Assembly: GCA_965240325.2 (NCBI GenBank)
Contig: OZ251229.1
Coordinates: forward strand, 496,001-560,000
Length of the DNA stretch: 64,000 nt
Source: Rebecca billardiae RCC1528
Taxonomy: Eukaryota > Protista > Haptophyta
Reading direction: 5' to 3'
In this document: one piece after another, positions 12,846-26,242 of the stretch
How positions within the stretch are numbered: position 1 is the stretch's first letter
Layout of the letters: the number at the start of each line of letters is the position of its first letter
Notes under the pieces: model-generated
Told to the model about the DNA's origin: nothing
Seen by the model: the letters and a program-made list of their open reading frames with translations, nothing else
The model's database searches: none
Translations under genes and position numbers: made by a program

Positions 12846-13349
12846 ATGGCTGCTCCGCATCGCCACATTGCGAGGGCCCTCTGCAGGAGGGTGCCGTCAG
12901 TATGGAGGCTGTGCCGTGTCAGCGAGGTGAAGGCGCCTGTCGAGTTCGAACTCGATCACACCAAGTCGGTGGTACTCCTCCCTGGAGATGATGGCAAGCC
13001 CGTGGCATTTGTGAACCGCTGCCCACATGCTGGCACGCCTCTCAACATGTTTCCGGACAAGTTCACGACCCGCGATGGCACGCACTTGCTGTGTGCGACG
13101 CACGGAGCGCAGTTCAGGAAGTCCGATGGCGTCTGTGTGCATGGCCCGTGCACCGGACAGCGTTTGCCCGGCGTGGATCTGATCTTTGAGCAAGACGACG
13201 TGAGCGGCGATGACATGATAGCTGTGGACGCTGCTCAGGTCAGGCGAGCGTATGAAGACGCCGCTGCGATCAAAGCACCTCACACTCGTGGACGAAGAGC
13301 CGAGGGACGGAAAGCCGCCGACGAGTCTCATCCTGCAGCGGAGGCGTGA
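12846..13349 (+). CDS. Rieske [2Fe-2S] ferredoxin-like protein
   Basis: Rieske motifs NRCPHAG and LLCATHGAQF...G.C..GPC; Arg-rich N-terminus may be a mitochondrial transit peptide. Confidence 0.88.
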   Translation: MAAPHRHIARALCRRVPSVWRLCRVSEVKAPVEFELDHTKSVVLLPGDDGKPVAFVNRCPHAGTPLNMFPDKFTTRDGTHLLCATHGAQFRKSDGVCVHGPCTGQRLPGVDLIFEQDDVSGDDMIAVDAAQVRRAYEDAAAIKAPHTRGRRAEGRKAADESHPAAEA

Positions 13350-13785
13350 GCGCGCTCAGGAATACATAGATATGCGGCTGGATGAGTCGGCGCTCGCGAA
13401 GCTGCTTGCCAGGCACCTGGCTGCGCATCGGCTCACGGCGCGGACGAGATCGAAGACGATGTTGCCGTCATCGTGACGTTGTCTATGAATGATTCATCAT
13501 CATATATCTACAGTGACGACTACTGCCGGCTACTGGCCCGCCTGCTGGGCAGCGCGCTGCGGCTGGCTGCCGCGCGAGGCGCTGCGCGGCTTGGACCGGC
13601 CCCTAGTCTTATAGTTATAACTTGGAGCAGTAAGGATTCCAGTAAGGATAATAATTATATAATAATAATAATATGCTAATAATCGCGTCGACGGTGTCAG
13701 AGTAGGCTGCCTAGTCATCGCTATAACGGTCGTCTACTCGTCTCGTAGTCGTTATTGGATCCGGTCGGTGACGTTATTATTAGCG

Positions 13786-14559
13786 TCACCGACCTGGCAT
13801 GCATAGTACAGGCACGGGCCATTGTAGCCACGCGTACTCCTGACGCGAGAGCTCGCAAAGCGCACGAAGTGTGGTGCCTGTGACGTCCTCGATGCTCCTC
13901 ACTTCATTTCCTGGTTTCACGGTGGCGTGGCGGTGCAACACGTGCACCGGTCGCGTGAAGTAGGATGGCGACAACATGGCGAGCGCCTTTCCAACTTCAC
14001 TCACGTTGCCTCGGATGGTAAGAGCAGACATGTCCGTGAGCGGACAGGTCATGCTCTGTGGGCGGTAGTGCCGGTTGAGCTGACGCATCGCGCCAGCGCG
14101 GTGCTGCGCCGCGAGGCCTTGGACGTATGCGTCAAACGTGAGGCACTCCGTGGCCGCGTCCAAGCCGTTTAGCACAGCAAGCCGCGTGGCCATCCACCGG
14201 TCTCGATAGTCGGACATGCAAGGCCTCGTCGTGCTGTTTGGGCAGCATTTGATCTTGGAGTGCCATGCGGAGATGTAGCGCTCTATGGGATCACGCACAA
14301 CGTGGAAGTGCACAAGGCCAGGGCTCGTCGATGCGGAGACGCCTGGGGCCTTCCAGCGCGAGAAGGCTCCCATGAACGGTAGCCCGTCTGCCTTCTCGGT
14401 TCCGTTGTGCAGCGCCGCATGCAACGCCCTGTAAATGGACGAGCTGCCGCACTTGGGACACGAGCAGACGGAGAAGGAAAGGCCAGACTCCGGGTGCGTG
14501 TACTTGAAGAACGAGGGCGAGCCGACGATCAGCATGAGCGCGACCGGTAGTACTCCCAT
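13786..14559 (-). CDS. Carbohydrate sulfotransferase (Sulfotransfer_2 family)
   Basis: N-terminal hydrophobic anchor, 5'-PAPS motif CPKCGSSS, 3'-PAPS motif VRDPIERYISAW, and NRHYRPQ. Confidence 0.82.
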   Translation of the reverse strand: MGVLPVALMLIVGSPSFFKYTHPESGLSFSVCSCPKCGSSSIYRALHAALHNGTEKADGLPFMGAFSRWKAPGVSASTSPGLVHFHVVRDPIERYISAWHSKIKCCPNSTTRPCMSDYRDRWMATRLAVLNGLDAATECLTFDAYVQGLAAQHRAGAMRQLNRHYRPQSMTCPLTDMSALTIRGNVSEVGKALAMLSPSYFTRPVHVLHRHATVKPGNEVRSIEDVTGTTLRALCELSRQEYAWLQWPVPVLCMPGR

Positions 14560-15109
14560 CACAGCAGTCTGCCCCTCTCGGGGTTCCCTCACTCAGTGCG
14601 CGAGCGAGCGAACGCGGCAACGCGTGACCGACCTCCCTAGACCCTAAGCGCCGGGCACTCGGGCAGCGGCGAAGTGCTCAGAGTCTGGCCGTCCCGTTGG
14701 AGGCGACGAGGCGTCACTGGACGCCACAGTGATTAGTGAACTGGCAGCGGGAAGTGGGAACAGGCAACAGGTCGAGCCCGCGCGTCGCGCACGGGCGAGC
14801 CAGGTGGAGCCGCAGCCTTCGCCCGAGTTCGCCTCGCGCAGCGCGCGCCCTTACCCGTACGCCCCCTGTGGTTCCATGTGGTTCCAGGCACTTTGCGGCC
14901 TCGCCGCGGACGCTGCGGAGGGCCGGAGGCGAGATGCGCGGCGGTGCACATCGTGCCCCCGAGCGGACCGCCTAGCCCCAGCCGGGCGTCGCTCGACTCG
15001 TCCATCGCGGCGAGTGAGAGCCGTCGCGCGAGGGGCGGGTCGAGGGGGGGGCGCCTGGTACATTGACGCCATCGTTTTGGACCGATTCTTTTTTCCCGGG
15101 CGGTGCTCC

Positions 15110-17362
15110 CGGTGAAAAAGCAAGCAGGGGAGAATTCCGTCGGAGCAGTTTTATTTTGGGGCTTTTTACGCGTTTTGGCCGTATATTGTTTGCGTGCTGC
15201 TGCTGCTCACTGTCATGAATGCGTCGGCGATCAGACCGTCACTCACCGCAGCGTGTAACAGTGGCGGTGGCGGAGCAGCGGACGATGCCGCATTGACGGG
15301 CGGCTGCCACGCGCACGAAGCGGCCGGTGACTACTTCTGATGCAGCGCACTGACACGCATTGCACTGATATTGATGCGACCGGTCGTCGATCACCCGGGC
15401 GGACGACCGTCTTGCCGTCCTGCTTCTCCTGATGAGACAGCAGTCGCGCGCAGCCGCGATCGCGCCGCGGGAGACAGGTGGCGTTGTCAAAACAACGCCT
15501 CGCCTCGCCGGTGGTCGCACGCCGCGCGCGCGCGCGCGCCGCACCTCGACCACCTTCTGCGTCGCCCGCCAGTTCGTCGCCGCCACCACCGTCGACAGAA
15601 TGGGCAACGTGAGTATGAAGCGGAGCAGCGCAACGCCGAGAGCGCCGACTCCGTCCAGCGCCACGCCCACGAGCTTGCCCCGGCGCGTGACGAAGCCGTG
15701 TCCGGCTAGGTGCGCGCACAGCTCGCGGCTCGGCCATGGGGCCGCCTCGCTCGCGTGCCAGCCCCCGTCCTCGCGCTGTCACGCCCCCTTCTTCTTCACC
15801 GCTGCAATCTTGTCCTGCCGCCTCAGATCGTGCGCGCGGAGAGCCGCTGGCTGCACGGGCTCGCCACTCGCAGCGCCGACGCGCTGCAGCTCGTCCTGCA
15901 TCTCACCCATGTCGAGCTCGACCCAGGCACCTGTCACTGGCTCGTGCCCGCGCTGCGCCGAGGTTGCCAGGCTCCGCCGCGCCCAGAGCATCACGCCGGT
16001 GGGCGCTCGCTGCGCTGCCACCTGCTGCCCTGCCGCAGCGGCGGCGGCCGCCGCCGTCGGCTGCGCGCTCGGCTCGGCTCGTCAAGCCAGCGCGCACCGA
16101 CCTTGCCCTTGTGCAGGGCAGCAGCGACTGCGGGCCCGTGCATGACAAGCGCCGTTGCGTCGGCCCAATCCGACACATCACCGCCTGCCTCGCAGCGGCT
16201 CTGAGTCTCGAACGTGACCATGGATCTCGGGCTCATCACCGGCTTGCCCTTGGTCCACTCCTGCCAGTCCTCCTCCTTGAAGCGACGGGCCATCGCCGCG
16301 GGGTCAGCGCACATCTGCACCCTCGCTGGCAGCAGCTGCTCTGCGGCGGCCAGCTCGAGCGCGAGAAGGCGGAAGTCGTACGAGTCGCCGCCGTGCGCAC
16401 ACAGAATGCCATCAAACCCGGTGTCCGTGATGATCTCCTTCATCCAATCCAGCAGACCGTCCACCTCCGATGTGAAGTCCGGCTTGGTCGCCACGGCCTC
16501 GGCCGTGAGCGCATGCCACTCCGGGTCAGGTGCGATGGACACTCCCGCCGTGTTGAACTTGCCCGCCCACGCACCCACCTTGATCGGCTCCAGCTCGGCC
16601 TCAGCATCTTCATCTGGCCCCGGAAGAAGTGTGTTGATGCTGGCGACGATATGGAGCTCGACCAGCCGATGCCTGGCTGCACCGGCGCTCCCGCACGCGC
16701 CGTGGTGCCGATCGCGCGGAGAGAGAAGTACACACACTCCTGCTTCGCGTCCGGCTTCACCGTCCCGCCCTCGCGCGACACAGGGACGCGCGCCGGCTCG
16801 GCCGCGAGTGCTGCTCGGCCGCGAGTGCTGCAGCCGGCAGAGTCAGGCCACCATCGGCGTCCTCCTCTGCGTCCTCGGCAACGACCATAGGCTCGGCAGC
16901 GTCGACGAACATGTGCTCGCCACTATCTGGCGCATCGCCCTGAGCGCGCGCCATGTTCGCCTCCTCGACGCCGCATGTTCGTCATGCGAGCCGCAAGGCG
17001 GAGCGACGGGATCATCATGATGCTCGTCCGCATCCATGTAGCCGGACACGTACGTGTTCTCCGCCTCGGGCTCCCCGGAACGATCGAGCACGTCGGACTC
17101 GTCGTCGTCAATCCCGCCGCCGCCAGCCGATGACGGACTCAGCTCACCCGCCGCCGCGTGACCGCCGCCACCCAGCCATTGGCCGACACGTGCGAACAAG
17201 GTGCGCCATGATGCTCGTTCCCGCCCTCCGCCCGAAAAACGACCAACGATTTCCACGGAGCCTACGGTTACGCAACCCGGGCTTTCAGCTTGCAAACCAA
17301 GCCCGCGGCCCAAACCCCTCGCGGCTCGCGCGGCGAAGGCGGCATTTTTGATTTTTTCACTG
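15110..17362 (-). pseudogene. Decayed piggyBac-like transposase remnant with an N-terminal DEDDh/DnaQ-like exonuclease domain
   Basis: Frameshifted fragments in order: acidic leader; VYFSLRAIG (degenerate ExoI); LCAHGGDSYDFRLL (ExoII); LLRFILTLPILSTVVAATNWRA (piggyBac N-terminal F..I...TN.YA-like motif); Cys-rich tail. No DDD core seen; ends poorly defined. Confidence 0.45.
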
Positions 17363-17659
17363 CTGTCTGACTCTAAGCTACGTGCCATCTAATCCCGTCA
17401 CTGTCAGAGTGTCAGACATGAGCGCATTATCATTTATCAAGTCACTCTCGTCACGCTGCCGTGCCTGTAGTCATGCGCATCTGCACATCATATTGAGCAG
17501 AGTCACGGATCACGTCCACGACGATCACGCGACACGCAGCACCGTCGGCGGCAGTGTCATTGACCTGTGGGCTGTGGCAAGGTGAATAAGGGTGAGACTG
17601 TACTGCTCTTGCGGCGGCCGTCTCACGACGGCGGTGTGATCGTCGTGTGCGGCGAGCAC

Positions 17660-18169
17660 TCAGTGCTCCTGGACGTACAGCCGTGACGGGTCGGACGGGT
17701 CGATGTAGGCGCTGTGGCCGTCCAATGGCGGGGCTGAGGGCGCGGGCCGCGTCGCCCCTCCCGCGAGGTGCTCGCGCATGTTGCGCAGCAGCGTGTAGAA
17801 GTGTGGCAGCCACACGCCCACACCGCCTTCGCGGAACTCGATGGCCCAGCGGATCTGGTCGCGCACGTTGCCGCCCACGATGGGCGCGGTGGTGCCACTC
17901 ATGTTGTTGCAGAAGAAGATCGGCTGGTTGAACTTCTCATCGCGCGTGTGCGCGAGCGGCAGATCTACAGCGTGGATGCCGCCGCTGCCTGCCGCCTGAT
18001 CGGCAACAAAGACGACGCGCAGGTTGGAGAGCACGCAGTGACCCGACAGCCGCACTTTCTGCCCATCGATGGTGGCATCGAGCAGCACGCCGCTCCGCGA
18101 GAGTACGAGCGTCTCGTTCTCCAGAGGCACTGGGTCGCCGTTGCTGTCGCACGGCGGATTGAGCGCCAT
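17660..18169 (-). CDS. WBP2/UPF0664-like GRAM/PH-domain protein
   Basis: MALNP..PVPLENE..L.R.GV, G...LSNLRVVFV, DLPL....EKFNQPIFFCNN.SG, F.EGG.G and AY.DP.DP..Y motifs. Confidence 0.85.
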   Translation of the reverse strand: MALNPPCDSNGDPVPLENETLVLSRSGVLLDATIDGQKVRLSGHCVLSNLRVVFVADQAAGSGGIHAVDLPLAHTRDEKFNQPIFFCNNMSGTTAPIVGGNVRDQIRWAIEFREGGVGVWLPHFYTLLRNMREHLAGGATRPAPSAPPLDGHSAYIDPSDPSRLYVQEH

Positions 18170-18308
18170 GGGTTCCAGACGGACCAGCGCGGCAGCGCCT
18201 TGCCGCGTCCCGCCAACTGAGGGCCGTGGTCCCGCGCTTTGCTCGTCACCGGACTTTCAACTTGCAGGGTCAGCCTGCGCGGCCTCGTCACTCGTGCCGA
18301 TCGCCAAG

Positions 18309-21300
18309 ATGGCGCCGGCGCCAGGGCGATCGCGCTCAGGCGACGCGGGGCGCGCGGAGATCCGAGAGGTGAGCGCGCCGATCACGCGGCGCGCGCGCAT
18401 CGCCACGCGTGACGACCGCGCGTGCTGACCCGGCGCGCCCCGTGCCTCCCTTCCATCCCGCCGTGCCTTGCGCTGCTTCCTGCCTGGCGACGCCGCAGCT
18501 CGCGCGCGCACACTGGGGCGAGGGCGCGCCAAAGAAGGGCGCCGGCTTCTCGGCCGAGGTGGTTGACGCGATCTATGCAGAGCACATCTGCAGCAGCGCA
18601 GCCACGACTCGGCTCGCGATGCTCGAGCAGAGCGGTTACCTCGAGCGGTGCGCTCCGGCGCGCGCGCGCGTTACGGCGCAGCGCGGCGCAGCGCCGCACG
18701 AGCGCGCGCGCGATATGCTCAGACGCGCGAACCGCGCGCCTACGGCGCGTGGCTCGCCCGCGACGCGCAGGTATCTGTGGCCCCACTTCGACGCGGAGCG
18801 CGCCACGCGCACGCACGTGCTCTCCATCGTCAGCGTCGTCAACGAGAAGGCGCGCGAGCGCGTGGACGCGTGGGCGCCGTTCGAGGCGCGCGCGGCCGAG
18901 TTCGCGCGGCTGCTGCGCGCGGTGCTGGACGTGAGCGCTGAGGGCGCGGAGCCGGCGCCGACGCCGCGCGAGATGGCGTCGGTCGTGCGCTTCCTCACCC
19001 ACTGCTTCGCCTCGCTCGAGGTCGAGATGGTCCGCGTCGCCGCGCTGCGGCTCGTCTCGCTGCCGCTGTGGACGGCGCTCAACCCGCGCGCGGCCGCCGC
19101 GCAGGTCGCGCGCGCGCCGCAGCTGCAGAAGCACTGGCGGCACCTGCTCAAGAAGGAGGCGAAGGCGCGTGCCGCGGGCACCGGCCTCACCCCCGAGCAG
19201 CGCCACGAGCGCGAGTACGTCCCGAGCCTGCTGCGGCGGATCGCGAGCGCGGCGGAGGGCGCGGTCGGCGGCGGCGCGGCGGACGGCGGCGCCGACGGCC
19301 TGGACGAGGCGGCGGCGGAGTTCGTGCACCGCGGGCTCGAGCTGCTGGTGGACCTGCTGTCGCAGCTGCCCACGCGCCGCTTCGTGCTCGCCGTCGTGCT
19401 CGACGTGCGCCTCCTCGTCCGCTGCCAGCGCGCGCCGCTGCACGCGCATGGCAGCCATGCTGCTGAGCTCTTCCGGCAGCTCCTCGAGCTCGTGGGGCAG
19501 TACCTGGCGGTGCAGATGGACGAGACGCGCGGCGTGGAGCTGAGCGAGGAGGAGGCGTCGGGCGCGCGCTGCGCCGAGCTGCAGCGCCTGCAGCGCGTCG
19601 CCTTCGACGTGCCCGCGCTCAGGGAGTTCGCGCTCGCACCGCTCTCGGCGGTCGAGTCGGCCGCGGCGCTGCGCACGCACTTTGGGCGGCTCAGCGCGGA
19701 GCAGCTCGCGCTGCTCGCGGCCGGGCTCGACCTGGTGGGCAGCGAGGGCGAGGGCGTGGGGCTGGGCAAGCCGGTGCTCGTGGACACCCTGGTCTCGCGC
19801 TACGCCCGCCGGCCCAACCGGTACGAGGCGGTCTCGCGCATGCCTCTGTACCCGGACGAGGCCGTGCTGTGGGACGAGCACCGCGTGCCGCGCGCGGACG
19901 AGGTGGGCGACGCGTGCCTCGCGCTGCCCAAGCTCAACCTGCAGTTCCTCACGCTGCACGACTACCTGCTGCGCAACTTCACGCTCTTCCGCCTCGAGGC
20001 GACCCACGCCGTCAAGGAGGACGTCGAGGACGTCGTCTCGCGCGTGCGCGCGGTGCGCGAGCCGCCGCGCGACGACGGCGCCGAGGGGCGGGTCGCGTTC
20101 CGCGGCTGGGCGCGGATGGCGCTGCCGCTGCTCTCGTTCCGCATCTTCCGCGTGGGCCGGCCGCGGCTGGGCGAGAGCCAGCCGAGCGAGGTGCGCGCCG
20201 AGCTCACCTTCTCCCTCGGCTCGTGCAAGGCCGAGGTCCTCTCCGAGTGGGAGAGTCTGCGCGTGCACGACGTTCTCTTCCTGCTGCAGCTGCAGCCGCC
20301 CGAGCAGCCGCAGCAGCCGCAGCAGTGGCAGCCGCAGCAGCAGCAGCTGCAGCTGCAGCAGTACGGAGGCGGCGCGGCGCAGGGGAACGGGGGCGCGCAC
20401 GAGGCGCGCACGTTCGGCGAGGCGCACGGCGTGCGCCGCGTGCGCGGCTGCGAGGTGCTGCAGATGTCGGACGAGCAGGGCAACTGGCGCACGGGCGAGT
20501 CGGAGACGGACAAGCCTCTGCGCGGCACCGTGCGCAAGCTCGAGGTGCGGCTGGACACGGCGCAGTTCCACATCGACTCGGAGGAGGGCGCGGACCCGCG
20601 CGCGGCGGGCGTGTACGGCGGCTTCAACCTGCTCATGCGGCGCAAGCCGCAGGAGAACAACTTCAAGGCCGTGCTGCAGTGCATCCGCGAGCTGGTGGGT
20701 GCGCCGCTCGCCGTGCCGCCCTGGCTGCACGACGTGCTGCTCGGGTATGGCGACCCGGCCGCGGCCGCGTGGGACGCGCTGCCGCCGGGGCCGGACGACG
20801 ACGCGGCGGCGCGCGACGGGGTCGACTTCTTCGACACGTTCCTCGACGAGGCGCACGTGCGCGAGGCCTTCCCCGACCACGACGTCTTCGTCGAGGACGC
20901 GGCGGGCGCGGCGGGCGGCGGCGCGGCGCGCCGGCCGGCGCGCGCCGCGTCGGAGGGCGGGCTCGCCGCGGACGGCGGCGCGCGCCCGCCGTTCAGGCTG
21001 GTGCTGCCGCCGCGCCCGGCGGTGCTCGCGGCGGCGGGCGGCGAGGCGGGCGGCGCGGCGCAGCCGACCATCCTCATCCGGCCGTACCGCCCGCGCCCCG
21101 TCTCGCCGTACCCCGAGGACGCGCTCAAGCTGAACCCGGTCCGCTTCACGCGCGCGCAGGTGGCGGCGCTGCGCGCGACCGCGTACCGCGGCCTCACGGT
21201 CGTCGTCGGCCCGCCCGGCACGGGCAAGACGGACACGGCGGTGCAGATCATCTCGAACCTGTGCCACGCGCACCCCGACCAGCGCACGCTCGTCATCGCG

Positions 21301-23392
21301 CACTCCAACCAGGCCCTCAACGACATCTTCGAGAAGGTGGCCAACCGAGATCTGGACGAGCGCTACCTGCTGCGGCTGGGGCACGGCGAGGAGCTGCTGG
21401 AGACGGCGCTCGACTTCAGCAAGCAGGGGCGGGTGAACCACATGCTCTCGCGCCGGCTCGAGCTGCTCGTGAAGGTGGAGGAGATGGCGGCCAAGCTCGG
21501 CGCGCCGAGCGACGCGGGGTACACGTGCGAGAGCGCGCAGTACTTCTTCCACTCGCACGTGCTCGCTAAGTGGGAGGCGTTCGTGGCGAGCACGGCCGCG
21601 CAGCCGCAGCCGCAGCCGCAGCCGCAGGGCGGGGCGGAGGGGGCGCGCGCGCGCACGCACGTGGCGGAGGCGTTCCCGTTCACCGCGCTCTTCGACGACG
21701 CGCCGCAGCCCCTCTTCCGCGGCGCCTCGGCCGAGGAGGACATGGAGGTCGCGCGCGTGTGCTACGCGTACCTCCGCTCGCTGTTTGCGGAGCTCGACGA
21801 GTGCCGCGCGTTCGAGCTGCTGCGCAACTCGCACGACCGCGGGCACTACCTGCTCACGAAGCACGCCAAGGTGATCGCGATGACGTGCACGCACGCCGCG
21901 CTCAAGCGCGCGCAGCTCCTCGAGCTCGGCTTCCAGTACGACAACCTCGTGATGGAGGAGGCCGCGCAGGTGCTCGAGATCGAGACGTTTGTGCCACTCG
22001 TGCTGCAGGAGCCCGACCCGGCGACCGGCCGCTCGAGGCTGCAGCGCGCCGTGCTGATCGGGGACCACCACCAGCTGCCGCCCGTCGTGAAGAACTCGGC
22101 GTTCCAGAAGTACTCGCGCCTCGACCAGTCGCTCTTCTCGCGCTTCGTCCGGCTCGGCGTGCCCACCATCGAGCTCAACCTGCAGGGCCGCGCGCGCTCC
22201 GGGCTGGCGGACCTCTACCGCTGGCGGTACACGGCGCTCGGCGACCTCGGCCACGTGGGCACCGAGCGGCGGTTCCTCACGGCGAATGCGGGGTTCGCGC
22301 ACTTCAGGCAGCTCGTGCACGTGCGGCCGTACCGCGGGCAGGGCGAGCAGACGCCGGTCAAGCACTTCTTCCAGAACCTGGGCGAGGCCGAGTACGTGGT
22401 TGCCACGTACATGTACATGCGGCTGCTGGGCTACCCGGCAGAGCGGATCTCGATGCTCACGCCGTACAACGGGCAGCGCGCGCTGCTGGCGGATGTGGTG
22501 GCGCACCGCTGCGCGCCGTACCCCGAGTTCGGCGCGCCGGCCAAGATCGCCACGACGGACAAGTACCAGGGCCAGCAGAACGACTACATCCTGCTCTCGC
22601 TCGTGCGGTGCGCCCTCGGCGCGGCGCGCCACCGCGCTCGGCGCGCGCGCGCGACACACAACTTGCAAAGCACGCGTGCCCTGCTGACCTCACGCCCAGC
22701 GCTCGCCGCCCGCGCCGCCCCGCCGGCCACCGCCACCGCGCCCGCCGCGCCCGCCGCCCCCGCCGCCGCGCCCACCGCCGCCGCGCAGGACCAAGCACGT
22801 CGGCCACATCCGCGACGTGCGCCGGCTGGTCGTCTCGCTCTCGCGCTCGAGGCTCGGGATGCTCGTCTTCTGCGACCGCGCGCTGTACGCGCCGTGCGAG
22901 GAGCTCAAGCCCGCGCTCTCGCAGCTGACCGCGGCCGCGCCGGACCGGCTGCAGCTGCTGCCGCACGAGCGCTACCCGACGGCTCGGCTGGTGCGCGCGC
23001 GCGCGCCGCGCGTCCGCAGCCGAGCCCGCCCGCACGCGCGCCTGCCCTCCGCCTCACACGCGCGCCACGTCGCCCCGCGCCCCCGTCGCCCCGCGCGCGC
23101 CCCGCCCCGCCGTGCGCAGGTGACGGAGCCGGTGCCGACTCCGCTCGACGTGGTCGATACGGAGCACATGATGGCGCTGGTCGCGGAGATGGCGTTCGCC
23201 TTCCGGCAGCAGGCTGCCGAGGCGGGCGCCGCGCTCCAGCGCGAGCCAGACGCTGACGTGCAGATGGGTGCGGCGGCCGAGGCCGAGGCGCCAGCTCAGG
23301 AGGGCGAGGGCGCCGACGGACGCACAGCCAAGCGCGCGCGAGCCTCGCCGGGATCTGCGGAGCCTGCGGCTGCTGGCGCAGAGCATGAGTGA
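18309..23392 (+). CDS. AQR: Intron-binding spliceosomal RNA helicase Aquarius (IBP160), 5 exons
   Basis: LE.S.YLE.YLWP, LALPKLNLQFLTLHDYLLRNF.LFRLE, RRKPQENNFKAVL, GPPGTGKTD, MEEAAQ.LEIETF, IGDHHQLPP, DKYQGQQND. Introns 18369-18498, 18648-18770, 22608-22788 and (tentative) 22991-23119. Confidence 0.96.
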
Positions 23393-24444
23393 GCCTCGGC
23401 TGCCTGGCGGCTGCCTGTGCGTGCTCTGGGCCGCGGCACGCTGACATGGTCCAGCAATGAAACGCACTGCGACGCGCAGCCTCACAGTGCCGCAGCCTGA
23501 GCCATGGCGGGTCAGAAGTCATCGTCAGCGCAGAAAAGTGATGATGATTTTAGTGAGCGCGCGCGCGCACGATCGAGTCACGACGCGCGCGATTATTGTG
23601 CACTGATATGGCATTATTACTATAAAGCTGAGACTGACTGCTGCCAGTAGACAGTCATCAGACTTGATAAATATAGTTCAGATGGACAGCTGTTCATGTC
23701 ACAGATGAGTGGTCTGCATGGAGTGTGGTCGCCGCGGAGTCACTCACCGTGACACAGACACTGTGACACTACTGTCAGTGTCACTCAGTCTCACTCACTC
23801 ACCGTGCGGCAGCACCAGCAGGCGCCGTCTTACTCACGGTCTGTGACGACGACTGTCGACTGCTCTGAGACGATCTGTCTGTGCTTAGTCTAGTCCGACG
23901 ACTAAGAGTCTAAGCAAGTAGTCCGACTGAGCTGTCAAGTCACGACTAGCTTATTAGTCAGCAATGGTGCGGCATCATCATCGTCGCAGTCGGCAGTGTT
24001 TTTTTAAATTAAGATCGAATATGATACATCGCGTAGTCCGTATCATATCGATATCAGAATTCGTCATATCATATCGTCAGAATCGTCATCGTCGCGCGCG
24101 CGTCATTGCGCGTCATCATATCATCACTCACATCAGAGTCAGCATCATCATGTTTCGTAGTCAGTCCGTCAAAGACAAAGATCGAAAGCAGGCTCCGCAA
24201 TTCAGCCAAAGGGGACGGCCGGGACCGTGGGGTCGTGCAGACTGCAGAAGCCAGATAGGCGCTCAATCGCGCGGACCGGACTACGGCGGATGTTACTCGT
24301 AACCTGGGTCCTGGGAGCGGCACGGACCGATACGCGAGCCAGTCTGCAGTCCGAGGAGGCGACGCGTCGATATCCTGCCTTGAACAGAGTCGTACTCGAC
24401 TTAGTAGTAGTAGTGCCGGCCTGTGGTGGTAGGCATGGATCGTC

Positions 24445-24876
<432 letters not shown>

Positions 24877-26242
24877 GTGTCCTCCTGCATAGAAAGCGAC
24901 GCGACGCCATTGAGTATGGACGAACATCACCCACAATCTGCGTGATGTGCATGCGAGGGCAGGTATTGCAGCACATGTGTGAGCATGCAGCAAATGCCGA
25001 TGATACACGCCATGCAGAAATGGTGATGTATATATATACTTGCGCATGGTGGGGATTTGTCCCTGGCTGAACGGGAAGAGCGACTGAGCCGACGGTGCCA
25101 AAGCTGCGCGCAGACTGCGCCAGCGTGGCAGCAAGGTCCCTGGCTCAGGCAAGCTCAGCACTCACAGGCCTGACGACAAGGTCGTCAACCACAACGGAGG
25201 CTGCAGGGGCGGATGGCGGGTTTCGCAACGAGCACAAGCAAGGAACGCAGAGGAGATGAGACCTCGGGCTTTGCTGATGGCGATGCGCAGGCAAGCAGGG
25301 GTGGCCTAGAGATGAGCAGCTTGGCCCGAAAGCGGAAAGGTCGTGTAACCGATGATCGAGCGAGCTCTGATAGGTGGGCTGCTTGATGAACTTTGGTAAT
25401 ACGTTGCCATGCCGACTTAAGATGATCTTGGATATGATCTCGAGCGCCGGATAGTGGAGCGGAGCGGGTACTTATAGAGGAGCCAGTGTGGTTGGCCGAT
25501 ATGAAAGGACCAGCGGCCGCCATGATGATGATAAAGGATAGCTCCGTGGCCGATGAGCTCCGGAAATCGGCTACAACTACCTGCAGGACCTAGAAGACGA
25601 TGGCGGCCCTTGTCCACCAGCTGCGCGTCGCCTTTCCAGCCTCCCGACACACTCGGTTATAACTCCGTTATAACGCCACGTGTCCTCCTGCATAGAAAGC
25701 GACGCGACGCCATTGAGTATGGACGAACATCACCCACAATCTGCGTGATGTGCATGCGAGGGCAGGTATTGCAGCACATGTGTGAGCATGCAGCAAATGC
25801 CGATGATACACGCCATGCAGAAATTATGGTGATGTATATATATACTTGCGCATGGTGGGGATTTGTCCCTGGCTGAACGGGAAGAGCGACTGAGCCGACG
25901 GTGCCAAAGCTGCGCGCAGACTGCGCCAGCGTGGCAGCAAGGTCCCGTTGTTTGTGAGCAGGAGTGATCCCGTTGATGTGATGATGAGGACGACGCAGCA
26001 GGATGGAGGTGGGCGACAGGGGACATGGTCATGAAGCCAATGATGAGGAAGCGCAGCGAGCAGCAGAAATTCGACGGCGATGCGGCGTCGTTTTGTTGGT
26101 GGGGGGGGGGGGGGGGGGTGTTTTTGTTTGTTTGTTTTTTTTTGGTGGGTGGGGAGTTAGCCAGGGCGTTGGGTTGAGACACCTGTACACGTGCAGGGCA
26201 CACGCACACGCATAGCGCGTTGGCACACAACCCACGCCGGGC

